Assembly: GCA_010356995.1 (NCBI GenBank) | Contig: ML996700.1 | Span: 1 to 64,000, forward strand | Direction: 5' to 3' | Length of the DNA stretch: 64,000 nt | Source of the DNA: Trichodelitschia bisporula | Lineage: Eukaryota | In this document: piece after piece, positions 1-12,640 of the stretch | Layout of the letters: the number at the start of each line of letters is the position of its first letter | Numbering within the stretch: position 1 is the stretch's first letter | Position numbers and translations under genes: made by a program | Notes under the pieces: model-generated | Told to the model about the DNA's origin: nothing | The model's input: the letters and a program-made list of their open reading frames with translations, nothing else | The model's database searches: none

Positions 1-1852
1 GCCCACTTACTTCCTATATCGGCAGTCAAGATCAACGAGTCAGCCCAACTTTCATCGACTGTGCGCATACCTCCTAAATCTGCATCAGATCCAGGATTTT
101 ATCTTCGACTTAAAACTTTATGCATACAGTGAAGGCTTCATGACCCCATCTGGTAGTAAGAAGGCGCTTCAATTTCATGTTTATATTTCCTGGAATATCG
201 GGCATCTTAGCGCTACTTGAAAAACTGAACTATTTCTCCGTGATAAAGCTGAAAATTAGACGGAGAGTGGGGAGTGGGCCTAGCAATGAGGCTTTATTTA
301 ACTTAGCCGGGACCGGGATACAAGACGCCAAGCCAGGCGCAGCTGAACATTTTGCTTCTTTTGAGTGAAGTGCAGCGGAGTGACAATAAACTCCGGGTCG
401 TAGAAACCAGTAGGAATTTCCCATAGCGGCTGGGTGAGATTTTGAGGCATAGGTCAACATCCAATCACTCCTCTAGTATCTGCAGCCCCGCATAGTCGGG
501 CGCACTTTCTTGCCGGACGGCAAGCAGTCGCCAGGTTCCGCACCGGATCCTCCACGTTTCAGAATTCAGGAAATGGAAACCATAGGCGCGGAATAAAGTC
601 TCTGGCTTCCACTCGAGTATCGCAATCCGGGTGTCGTCGCCATTCAGAGGGATAAGATTGACTTGGGGTATTTGTCTGGTCGAGTGCTGTGTATGGAATT
701 TATTTGCTGAAGTATCTCTTAGCCTCTTCCCCACCCACCTCCATTGCGGCCATTGTCTTTTTGTACCTTTTTGAGAGCAAAAGTGGCAATGAATTATATA
801 TCGAACATGACAGCTTTGAAATCGAACTCTCCAATCACAAATAATAACAGCAGCGCATAAAAATATCGCCATATCCCAGCCCTCCGAAGGACCATCTAAC
901 AACACCCCTACCGAAGGCATCTAAGGACGCCATATTCGTCGTCCTGGAGTTTTGAAAAGTTGTAAAGCAGAATCGACAGTTCCCTTCCGTAGTCGCGCGC
1001 TCAATAATGGCAACTTTAATTGGACAATATTCGCCAAGCCCGATGACAAAGGATGTATGACGCTAGTCTAAACTCAGAGTTTTACCAAATTGGGAACGCA
1101 GACGTAGGTGCAGTCTCCGGCCTATGGCCGTATGTACTGGACAATGCTTCAGATTGGTACATGAGCAGAAGGGTTTGGTTCTCGCAAAGGGTAGAGTTGT
1201 TCAATGTGGAGCGACTTGTATTTTGCTTCTTGGAATAGTGGTATGAATGTGGAGCTAAAGACGAACCCTTCGGATGCTTGGAGTTGGGAGGCTGAGTGCT
1301 GAAATCATCACCATGCGCAAAGACTCTCGCCTTCTACAATTGAGAGTGCGGATATGTGTGGCACGCACCAGGGGACCGTTATCCACGAAGGAAATACTCC
1401 CTAAAGTGATGCCAGTTTATCAGTCGAGCAGCAGAATCAATGTTTTTAGCTGCTCTTATCCGTGGAGGTTCAAAGACCCGATATCTTCCAGCCTTGTCTA
1501 CCACATCTCCCTAGGACTTCGGTTCAGCCTCGCGCTTCCCTGTCTTCATCCATTCATGAGGATCGGAGTTTTCATTTATCCTGCTGAATTGATCGACATA
1601 TACATGGCCCTCAACAATATCACGCATCGTGGGTGTGTCACCCCGGTCCCTGGGGCTACAGTAGAACACACCACCACATGTCGTACGCCACACAACCCCT
1701 GCTCAGCCCGACAATTTTCTTTTCAACTTGACGGTGAAAGACCCACGAACAGTCATAACCCCACTCTCACTGCTATAAACACTCGTTCTCCCAACAACCA
1801 CTTCCACCCACCCGCAAACAATCCAAACTCCCAATCCCCCACAAAATACACA

Positions 1853-3044
<1,192 letters not shown>

Positions 3045-3397
3045 GCGCAGCCGTTGTACTAGCAGTCGATGCGACTGCGTGGGACTCTGACTTCTGCGCT
3101 TCTGAGAAGTACATATGTGGCGTAAAAGTGATTTCCGGGCGGGGAACGAACGGCGTTGAAGGGGGCGGGATAGACGTAGTCGAAATCGTTTTTCTCTGCA
3201 TAAGGACCGGCAGTTATGCCCGCCTGCACATAGCTTTCTAGTTCCCCGTATACCTGCCCTGCTTGACCGGAGCCCGCCCAAAGCCTGCCCATTACGCCGC
3301 GCCATTATTCAAGCCGGAGCAAAAAACCCACGCCGCCCACTGCACCCGATAAAAGAGGCATATCAACCCAGAAACACAGCCGTTTTAAACACAGACT

Positions 3398-3916
3398 CTA
3401 AACCGGCAAATCACTCCCCCTCCTCTGCCCCCCCAGCTTCTCAAGCCCCCGCGCAATATACGGGCCTACCACTGGCACATTCCCCACGAACCCGGCGATC
3501 GTGGCGAAGAAATCGCCGAACAGGACGAAGATCCCATACAGCTCGACTAGGAACCCGATCAGCGGCCAGCGGAGCAGGATCAGCGCTATGCCGGCCGCGA
3601 ATGCTGCCGTTCCCTTTAACTTTTGCCGGCGGGCGAAGAAGGCGGCGGTTTTTTGGAGGCCGATTATTAGGGTGAGGCCGAGGATGAAGAGGATCTGGCT
3701 TCGTGTTAGTTTTTCTAAAGGGGAGGGAGTTTGGGGAAACGGACGTTGCCCATTGCGAGCATGGCCCGGTCGAAGAAGAGGACTACGCCGCCGAGGAGGA
3801 AGAAGCCCCCGCCTGAGCAGAAGGCGACGCCGATTTCTGGGACGTTAGTGGGGGATGATGGGGGGGGAGGGGGTAAGGGCGTTACTCTGCGAGTCGGAGA
3901 GCCACATCGAAGGCAT
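3398..3916 (-). CDS. GOT1: Got1/Sft2-like Golgi transport protein, 3 exons
   Basis: Manual splicing gives [53 protein letters not shown]...RWPLIGFLVELYGIFVLFGDFF, a typical Got1 sequence. It is absent from the ORF track because of the introns. Confidence 0.92.
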
Positions 3917-4398
3917 CGTTGCGTGTTGTATGCGCTTGGGATCTAAGCGTGGAAAGTGTTGATATCGAGGGGTGTTGAAGCTTAAGCGTTATCGGCGCGT
4001 GGAAGGGGGTGCGGAAGGTTCGGAAGGCGAGTAGGCGCACGGAGACGGGCGTAAGGAAGACGGATTCGAGTGAGTGGGCGTGAATATGGTGTGGAGAGGG
4101 GGTAGGCGGGTGATGCGATGAAGTTATTCAATCGTGGGTTTGCGATCACGAAAGGGGTGGACAAATTGTACGTGGCGTTCGCGACGGGAAGTGGTGCGCC
4201 GCCGCCGCCGCCGCGTCTACCTACGGTACGGTAGGGCGGCACCAGCCACGGGGTCCGAGCGCGCGAGGCTTAAAAGGGCTGGGGGCCTTGGCGCGAACCA
4301 GAGTTTTGCAAAGACCCTTCGGTCCGTGGGAAAGGCGGGGAGAAGCTGGGGAAGCGGCTATGGGGTTGCGATGACAGACAGGCCTGGCTATTAAGATT

Positions 4399-4714
4399 GG
4401 GTCAAGCAGTTTTGTCTACCGCTAACCTTATGACGCCGATTATCGCGCCCCTGCGCTCGCTGCGCTCGCTGGCCTTGAACGAGCCTGGATGCTGGCTGAG
4501 GGTCGAGATGTAGAACCGCCGCGGCAGCAGCGCGTGCTGTAACTGATTCTAAGCCTCTGCGCTGGTTTCGGTAATGGTCGCTGGCGAACACGAACGGCTG
4601 GCTGCGTTGCTTTGGTCTACTGTTGTGGAATGCACGCTGCCGTGAACGCGATTAAGCCGGAGCCGCCCTTTGAGCTGCATCTGAGAGGGTGTGGTGGGTG
4701 GGGTTGCTTGACTT
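4399..4714 (+). ncRNA. Candidate structured ncRNA, possibly a long box C/D snoRNA-like RNA
   Basis: 24 contiguous base pairs between 4399-4422 and 4691-4714 (11 G-U, so it folds only on the + strand). Box C-like ATGACG at 4430 and box D CTGA at 4681, internal hairpins, and an rRNA-antisense-like element at 4669-4680. Confidence 0.55.
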
Positions 4715-4871
4715 TGTCGTTCGTACATGAGTTTGTGAAGGAAGGAAGAGGGCAGATAGCTCTGTGATGTGATATAACTGCGCCGTCGCTAATATACACG
4801 CCATAACGCCTTCCGAAATGCAATCGCCCATCCGGATCCGCCCTCATTCAGTGACCATGACTGTAACTCCT

Positions 4872-5384
4872 TCACTTCAACACCGTATGCGCCCCCCGTG
4901 CCTCCAAATACCCCTCCGTCGCCGCACTCCCCATCGTGCGAATCAAATTAAACACCTCAACATTATGATACCTAAGCCTCGTCTTCGGATCCGTGTACGG
5001 CGCCACCAGGCCCGTAACATCACAATAATGCCTCGTGCGCTCCGGCCTCAAACTCGGCGCCGCTTCGATATTGGTATAGGTAACGGCGGGACCCGGGGCT
5101 ATGAGGCTCTTCTCGAGAACGAGACGGTCGAGTCGCTGCGCTGCTTGCGCGATGTTGGGGGGGGCGGTGTCGGCGGCTGGGGTTGAGGTCCCGGAGTTGG
5201 CGGTTGTGACTTGGGAGGATTCTTTGCGGGCGGCGTCGGCGAGGATGGCTTTTGTGTTTTTGTTGCGCCGTTGGGGCGGCTTCCAGGAGGCGTTGCGGAA
5301 GGGTTTGGGGGCGCTGTAGATGTCGAGGGTGTTGAGGAGGGTTTGGTGGGTGTTTTCGTCTGATGCGCTGGTTAGGGGCGCCAT
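4872..5384 (-). CDS. IES6: INO80 complex subunit Ies6 (YL1 C-terminal domain)
   Basis: TYTNIEAAPSLRP...YCDVTGLVAPYTDPKTRLRYHN...YLEARGAHTVLK. Confidence 0.95.
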   Translation of the reverse strand: MAPLTSASDENTHQTLLNTLDIYSAPKPFRNASWKPPQRRNKNTKAILADAARKESSQVTTANSGTSTPAADTAPPNIAQAAQRLDRLVLEKSLIAPGPAVTYTNIEAAPSLRPERTRHYCDVTGLVAPYTDPKTRLRYHNVEVFNLIRTMGSAATEGYLEARGAHTVLK

Positions 5385-5407
5385 GGTTGCGGGGAGGGGT
5401 GGGTTGT

Positions 5408-5471
5408 GAGGTGGAGATTGTGAGGACTTGGGTTGAGAGGTGGAGATTGTGAGGACTTGGGTTGAGAGGTG
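5408..5471. repeat. 29-bp direct tandem repeat (~2.2 copies) just upstream of the IES6 start
   Basis: GAGGTGGAGATTGTGAGGACTTGGGTTGA occurs at 5408 and 5437, followed by a partial third copy. Confidence 0.9.
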
Positions 5472-5723
5472 AAAGCTGTGGGGAGTTAAGTTGTCGTGGC
5501 GAGTATGTACGGTAGAGGAGAGGATGACGGAGAAGTTACGGAGGCAGCTTTGGTGGGAAGTTGATGCCGCGTTTATGCGTTATGCCAAGATAGGGTCGCG
5601 ACAGCCGCGCGCTTATAGATGGTTCATGAGTCGCGTTGTTGATGCTCCGCGATTGTCTAATTCTACTCAATCCACCCTTTGTCCACGATCCCTTTGCGTG
5701 AAGAGATCGTGTCTGTCTTCAAG

Positions 5724-6124
5724 ATGGTAAGGATAATAGCAATATCTGAATTACTTCTGATCGGCGCAGGAAAGTCCCCACGAGCACCAGCAGAGCCTCC
5801 TGCTCTCCCGCATCATCACCAATGTGGTGGGTGTCTAACACCTGGATTGATAGCAGCAAGTCTTAACTAGCATAGGAGAAGCTCAACGAGGCAATTATGG
5901 TGCTGAACAAGAGCCTTCAGGTTAGTTTGATCGGCGCCGGCAGAATTCCTACCTAACGGATCAGGAAATCAACATCCAAAATATGAATGTCGAGCTCGTG
6001 GCGCAAATGTTCAAAAACTACCAGTCCAACGTGCTCTTCCATCTCGAAGGTGAGTTTGTCACCACCTGCGACCCGGAGCCACCTAACCCCACCAGCCACC
6101 GACAGTTTAAAAGACCCATCATGA
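5724..6124 (+). CDS. DAD4: DASH/Dam1 complex subunit Dad4, 72 aa, 5 exons
   Basis: Exons 5724-5726, 5770-5826, 5876-5920, 5965-6049 and 6096-6124 splice to [72 protein letters not shown]. All four introns are GT-AG. Confidence 0.93.
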
Positions 6125-6388
6125 GGACGCGTAGAAGGGAGGCAGGAAGAAGGCGTTAATGTATTGCAAGCATTAGATAGTTCTAACGAGCAATGAAACA
6201 ACCCACCAAAGTTACCCGCGCGCCTATCCCTGCCCGCGTGCACGCCCGCGATGCAACGCCGCCACGCCCGCAACCCTCGCAAACACCCGCCACCATGCGC
6301 TCCTCCCATCACCCAATGTTCCCTCCATGATTTCCTGACATCCAACCCCCCATCCGCACATTCCAACACCACACAAGACCAACCTACT

Positions 6389-8703
6389 ATGCCCGCCGCC
6401 GACACCCCCGCCGCTTCGGGGCGCGCGTCCCCCAAACCTGGTCCCGTGAAGATATGGTCGCTCAGCGATCCGCCATTCGAGGGCTTCAAGCCTGTGGACA
6501 CGGAGGGGTGGAAGCGCAGCAATGCCAGCACGGCGATTGTTATTGACAATGGTAGGTCTGGGATTGCGGTCGTCGTGTACCTGCTGATGTGGAAGGCTCG
6601 TCGACTGTCCGCGCTGGATGGGCGTTCGACGACAAGCCCCGCCTCACGCTCCCGCCGCTCATGGCCCGGTATCGCGACCGGAAGCTCAATCGCACGTTCA
6701 TGTTCGTTGGCAACGATGTGTACGCTGATGGGACGGCGCGTGGCCAGGCGAAGAATGCCTACGAGCCTGGAAGCAATATCGTGAATAACTGGGATGTGGT
6801 TGAGGGCGTTTTGGATTATGTCTTCATAAAGCTGGGTATCGACAGTTCGAATGGGATCAACCGGCCTATCATGATGACGGAGCCGGTTGCGAACTTGGCC
6901 TACACGCGCAAGAGTGGGTTTCCTGTCTATTCGTAACGGACCAGATGCTAACACCTAGAAGCTATGTCCGAAATCCTCTTCGAAGCCTACAACGCCCCCT
7001 CCGTCGCCTACGGCATCGACTCCCTCTTCTCCTACCGGCACAACGGCGGAAGCACCGGCCTCGTCGTCTCCTCCTCGCACACCTCCACGCACCTAATCCC
7101 CGTCATCAACCACAAAGCCCAACTCACCCACGCCGCACGCCTAAACTGGGGCCGTTCCCAGAGCGCAGAGTATCTCCTCAAGCTCCTGAAACTCAAGTAC
7201 CCGACCTTTCCAGGCAAAATCTCCGACCCGCAAGCCGAAGACCTAGTCCGGGAGCACTGCTACGTGTCGCAGGACTACAATGCCGAGCTGAGCACGTATC
7301 TCGACTGGACCGGGCTTGAGGAGAGGGATCATGTGATCCAGCATCCCTACACCGAAGCCGTGGTCGTCCAGAAGACGGAGGAGGAACTCGCGCGGCAGGC
7401 TGAGAAGCGCAAGGAGAGCGGCCGGCGGCTGCAGGAACAGGCTGCGAAGAGCAGGCTCGAGAAACTCATGCGCAAGGAGCAGGAACTGGCGTATTACAAG
7501 GATTTGCAAACGCGGGTTGCGGAGATGACGAAGAAGGAGGCGAAGCGCACGCTTGAGAGTGAGGACTTTGACGACGAGGCTGCGCTTGAGCGCCGGGTGC
7601 GGGATATGGAGAAGTCCATCCGCAAGGCGCAGAATAAGGACGTTGGCGATGAGCCGGAGGATACGGCCCCGCCTACGTTTCCACTCCTTGAGGTTCCGGA
7701 TGATCAGTTGGACGAAGACGGGATTAAGCAGAAACGCCAGCAGCGCCTCATGAAGAGCAACTACGATGCGCGCGCCCGCGCCAAGGCGGAGAAGGAACGC
7801 GAAAAGGCGCGCATCGCCGAGGAAGAACGTCTCGACACCGAACGGCGCGAAGCCGATCTCGAGGGGTGGGTCGAGGAGCGCCGCACCCAGCGCTCCGCCC
7901 TCTTACAAAAAATCAAAGACCGCACGAGGCTCAAAGCCGATCTAGGGAACAGGAAATCCCTCGCTGCCCAACAGCGCATGAAATCAATAGCCAATCTAGC
8001 CGCCGACACGCCTACTAAAAAGCGCCGCCGCGGCCCGGACGAAGATACCTTCGGCGCCGACGACGCGGATTGGCGCGTGTACCGCCAGATCACCGGGGAA
8101 GCTAGCGACGAAGACGAAGAAGCAGGCCCGGAGGCGCAGCTCCGCGCCGTGGAGCAGCAGCTCCTAGCCCACGACCCGGACTTCAGCGCCGAGCAAACGC
8201 ACGACGCGGCCGGGGACTGGAGTCGCTCGCGCGTGCACGCCTTCCTGCACGGACCCTACCCATTCGACCCCGAATCAACCCGCGAAACGCACCAAGTCCA
8301 CCTCAACGTCGAGCGCATCCGCGTCCCCGAAGTGGTCTTCCAACCACATATCGCGGGGCTGGACCAGGCGGGCGTCGCTGAGATCGCGGCTAGTATACTC
8401 CTACGTCCTGAACTGTTGAGGCCTGGGGGGGTGCCGGCGTGGCTGGCGCAGGATGTGTTTGTTACGGGGGGGAATACGCTGTTTGAGGGATTTGAGGGGA
8501 GGTTGAGGGGGGAGTTGAGGGCAGTACTGCCGATGGAGGAGAGTGTTAGGGTGAGGGGGGCGGGGGATAAGGTGCTTGATGCGTGGAGGGGGGCTGCTGG
8601 GTGGGCGGCTCAGGGGGGACGTAGGGGGTGGGTTACGCGGCAGGAGTGGAGTGAGAAGGGGGGGGAGTATATTCGGGAGCATGAGTGTGGTAACCTGGGC
8701 TAG
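6389..8703 (+). CDS. ARP5: Actin-related protein 5 (INO80 complex), 3 exons
   Basis: AIVIDNG, MTEP, EILFEAYNAPSVAYGIDSLFS, a long charged insertion, HLNVERIRVPEVVFQP, TGGNTLF. Confidence 0.95.
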
Positions 8704-8999
8704 GTAGTTGAGGTTGCGGACACAGGGCAGTAATAGACGGCATGGACTTCACATTTCCAAGCACACACGTTACGAAGCACATAGCCGTGTGTAAAGTCCA
8801 TTACGACGAAACCGCCGCTAGCCATGCACCATAACACCAGTAATCCGCACGATACAGCTCCCAAGCCTCATCGCCATGCCACATGTCCGCCATGTCATGC
8901 CATGCCTAAGATACCCATCCCCAGCAGCGGGGACCATACCTTGTCAGAAGCTCGTCACACCGTATCCATCTCTCCATCACACGTAGAAAGACGTTCCGC

Positions 9000-11805
9000 C
9001 TACGACTGAATAGCCCGCCCCAAAGCCCCCCCCGTAAACCCCTGCCCTCGCGGCCTCTGCTGCCCCCCCTGCCGATCGCCCATATTCTGCGGCCCGCCCC
9101 CCCGACCACGACCCCGACCGCGACCGCGTCCACCCGGCCCGCCCTGGCGCTCAAACGCATTCGCGGTACCCTGGGTGCGCTGCTCGAGGGTCTTTTCATT
9201 GGCCTCAATCAGGACCGTTGCTTTCTCGCTCAGGGTCAGGGAGAGAGCTTGCAGACGCGAGATGTTAACGCCCTTGCGGAAAATGATCGCGCCCGAGACC
9301 TGGTCCAACGCCGCCGCGAGTTCTTCGTGCGAAATCATTCGAGCGACAATGGAGGACACGGAGCGGGGGGAGAGGTCGAACATTTCGCTCAGCGTGGCGA
9401 GGTTGACGGTTGAGTAGAAGGGGGCGTAGCTGATCTATTAGCAATATTCTCAAGCACTAGCAAAAGGGTTAACTCACGTCAGCAGATACGTCTCCAGACC
9501 CGTCGTCTTAATCTTCTCCGTCAGCATCGTGCGAATCTCCAGCGCCTTCGGCATGAGGTCCCAAATCTTGATGCTATTAATCAACTCCGCGCTCTTCTTG
9601 TAGTCACCCGCACTCAGCGCCTTCGACGCCTGCAAGATATGATCACGCGTATTCTCAGGCGGGCCCTGGAACACACTACGCTCGGAGTAATCGAGGAGAC
9701 GACGGAACGCCTTTGAGATAACGCGGCGCTTCTGGTCCGGCGCCGTGCCGATCTGCGCCAGGAGCGGAATCTCCAGCAGCATAGACACAACGAGGTAGCA
9801 CGCCTCCAGCAGCTCGATATTGATATGGCAATGGAAGGGCAGCTGGCGCGCACGCTCGGCACGCTCCTGCTCCGGCGTCAAGCTAGAATAACGCTGGACC
9901 TGGACGCCCTGGGCGAGAAGCTCCTTCTGCCGGTTAGACCCGCAGATCTCCTGCAGCGCAGTCTGGGACTCCCAGATGAGGCCCGCGCGAAAGAAGGCAA
10001 GGCCAACCTGGACAAGCGTCCGGTTGTAGTGGATCTGCGTAATGATGTCGAAGCTCGGGATCGTCTCCGACAAATGCGACAGCAGCATCAGGTCCTTGGC
10101 CTCCCACGGGCGGTCGTGCAGCGCCGTCCAGTATGTACGGTGCAGCATGGCGCGGGCGCGCTGGATGCCCTCGCTGTGCGCAAAGAGGTAGTTACTGAGT
10201 GCCTTGACCAGGGCCTCGGCGTCGGACGCGAGGGCGCGCGGCGTGACGTCGCTATCGAGACCTTCAGGCAGCTCCGCCCACGCGTTGGTCTCCAGCACGG
10301 ATCCCAGACGCCCCTGCCGGAAGTGCAGGTGCTCGAGGCGGCGGAGAATGAGGGAGTTGAGCCGCTCGGCCTGGCCCTCGAAGCCGGGCTGCTTGCGGAC
10401 ACGCTCCTGGTAGATCTGTGCACGCAGCAGGGCCGAGTAGAGAGCACCCTCGTCGACGAGACGCGCAACGTAGTCGGACGTGTGCGGGTCAATGGAGAGG
10501 AGCGAGCGGGTCAGCTCGTCGTCTAACCGCTCAGCCGCACCGACAATGCTGCCGGGGATAGGGAAAAGCGTGCCGGCAACCAGGGTGGGGTGCTTTTCGT
10601 CGTCCTCCCACTCTTCGGCGTTCTCGATAACGATGAACTGATCCTGGTTGGCGTAAAGAAGTTCAAGCAGCTTGACAAACTCCTTGTCCGCAAGCTTCCA
10701 CTGCTCGACGGTCATGGCACCGCCGGAGCTGGTAGAGGTATCGAAGCGGACGCTGATAAGAGACAGAAGAACCCGGATGCGCTGGTAGTCGGTGGCCGCC
10801 ACGTCGAGGAGCCGCTCCATAACGCGGATCTGCTCGTTGCGGTCAGTACCCTTGCGGCCACGGGACTCGGCGATGCTACGCAGGTGCTTGAGGATGGATT
10901 CGGGAGTATAGATGAGCGTCTTTCCGCCGGGGCCAACAACTTCGAAGCCGGCATCGTCGGCATCGATGATGGCATCACCAAGCAACAGGTTGACCTTGGT
11001 CTTCTTGGTGGGGACTGGGATCTCGATCACAGCTTCCTCCTTCAGGAAAGCCTCAGAGTCCTTGCGGTACGCCTCAACGTCCTTGCTGTACTGCTCATCC
11101 TTGGTGAGCTTGCGGATCTTTTGCCGCACGGCGTTGAGCGACTTTGAGTTGAGAGCGTTCATTTTCTGCTCCGTCAGCTACTGTAATTATAAGGGCCACG
11201 GGAAACGTACCTTCGGGGTGACCTTCTGCTTCTCATATGCCTCAGTGACGGCAGCCTCGAGGTCGACGAGGGTCTTGATGAACAGCTTCGGCGTCCGGCC
11301 ATCGAGCTGCTTCGCAATGTTCGGCACCCTGTCCTGTTAGCATGGCCAGCACACTGAAGACAGCCGGGAATACACACAGCTTAACAAGCTTGTCGAACTC
11401 AGTCGAGCCCTGAATGAAGTCGCCAATCTTGATAGCATTCTCCGTCAACCGGATCAAGCCCTCCAACTCCTCAATCCGCTTGTCCTTCGCCGACCGAATG
11501 ACGACCGCCTTCTCTTCATCGGATTCATCTTCATCCGCCTTGGCCGCAGTGCTCTGCCATAATTAGCCCAAGCCCAATCACCCCCACTAAACACCCCGCA
11601 AACCCACCTTCAAGAAGCGATTTATGCCAGTCGCCCCCTCCTCATCACTGCTATCCTCATCGGAATCCTCCTCAACCTCAGACTCCTCCTCCGAGCTCTC
11701 CTCCTCCTCAGAAGGCTCCTCGCCCTCAACGCTGTAGAGAGACTCCTCGCTGTCACTGCTGGACTCGTCGGAGTCACCGCCACGGGCGAAAAACCGCGAA
11801 CTCAT
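9000..11805 (-). CDS. NIP1: Translation initiation factor eIF3 subunit c, multi-exon
   Basis: MSSRFF start with an acidic N-terminus, [27 protein letters not shown], a PCI domain and an RGG-rich tail. Confidence 0.95.
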
Positions 11806-12640
11806 GGTGGGCGGGCGTGTGTGTTTTTGGCAATGCGCGCTCGCTGGGTTCAAGGTTGAGGGCGTGTGTAGGTGGGTGTTGTTGTGCTGCAGGAAGTACA
11901 CAGTATTTCGTGGGGCTCGTTGGGTGAAACGAAGTTTGCAAGTCTTGGGTGTGGCCTGTGGCGGAGGGGAAGCGAGGTGGGGTACGCCACAGGCACAGAG
12001 CCACAGAATTCACTTCTTGGCATCAACCGCCGTGGAGTTACGTCACGTGTATTGCACTCACAGCAAACCACCATTCTACCGAATTCACATGAGACGACAG
12101 CAAAAGCGCAAGGGCAAGCTCATTGCTATCCTATCGCAATATCGGACTGCACGGCTACACCCCTACTCGCATCTGACATCGACCCGGCCATCACCTCATC
12201 CAGAATCAACATCGTATCCCGTTCGTTTGCAAAGACATAGCAGGAGATATAATGAAGAAGGAAAAAACACTTCCTAACAATCCCGGCTGCCAGCCTCCCA
12301 CCACCCTGTGCCCAGAATCCCTTTCATACACACACCACAGGTCGTTGAATGCATGTCCATCACAGCCAGCCGTGAGCTGGCCTACCATCATGCAAACACT
12401 GTGCCTCCGCAGGGGGGACCACCCTATCCTATGTCCGACAGCCCGCCATGCAAGGAAAATGCTCCCTCCAGCCTGTCGACTTCTCGCGAGCGGTTTCAGC
12501 CTCAGGGTCTACACCCGCCCTCAGCTCCAGCGCAATCTGCTTTTGAAAGGGGGGTATACGTTGAAAGGCTCCATCGCCCGCGACAGCTCCGCCCACGGAC
12601 AGGATATGGGAAGTAAAAATGCCAGTTGCAAACGAAATCC

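Noticed and set aside
4421..4430. GCTAACCTTA in the structured RNA as a telomerase template
   Set aside because: It does not match the TTAGGG template, it lies within the terminal helix, and the element is shorter than known filamentous-fungal telomerase RNAs.
5953..6954. 333-aa minus-strand ORF and the many other long overlapping ORFs (e.g. 31004-31933, 36238-37149, 57861-58763)
   Set aside because: These are antisense or alternate-frame shadows of real genes in GC-rich DNA, with no recognisable motifs.
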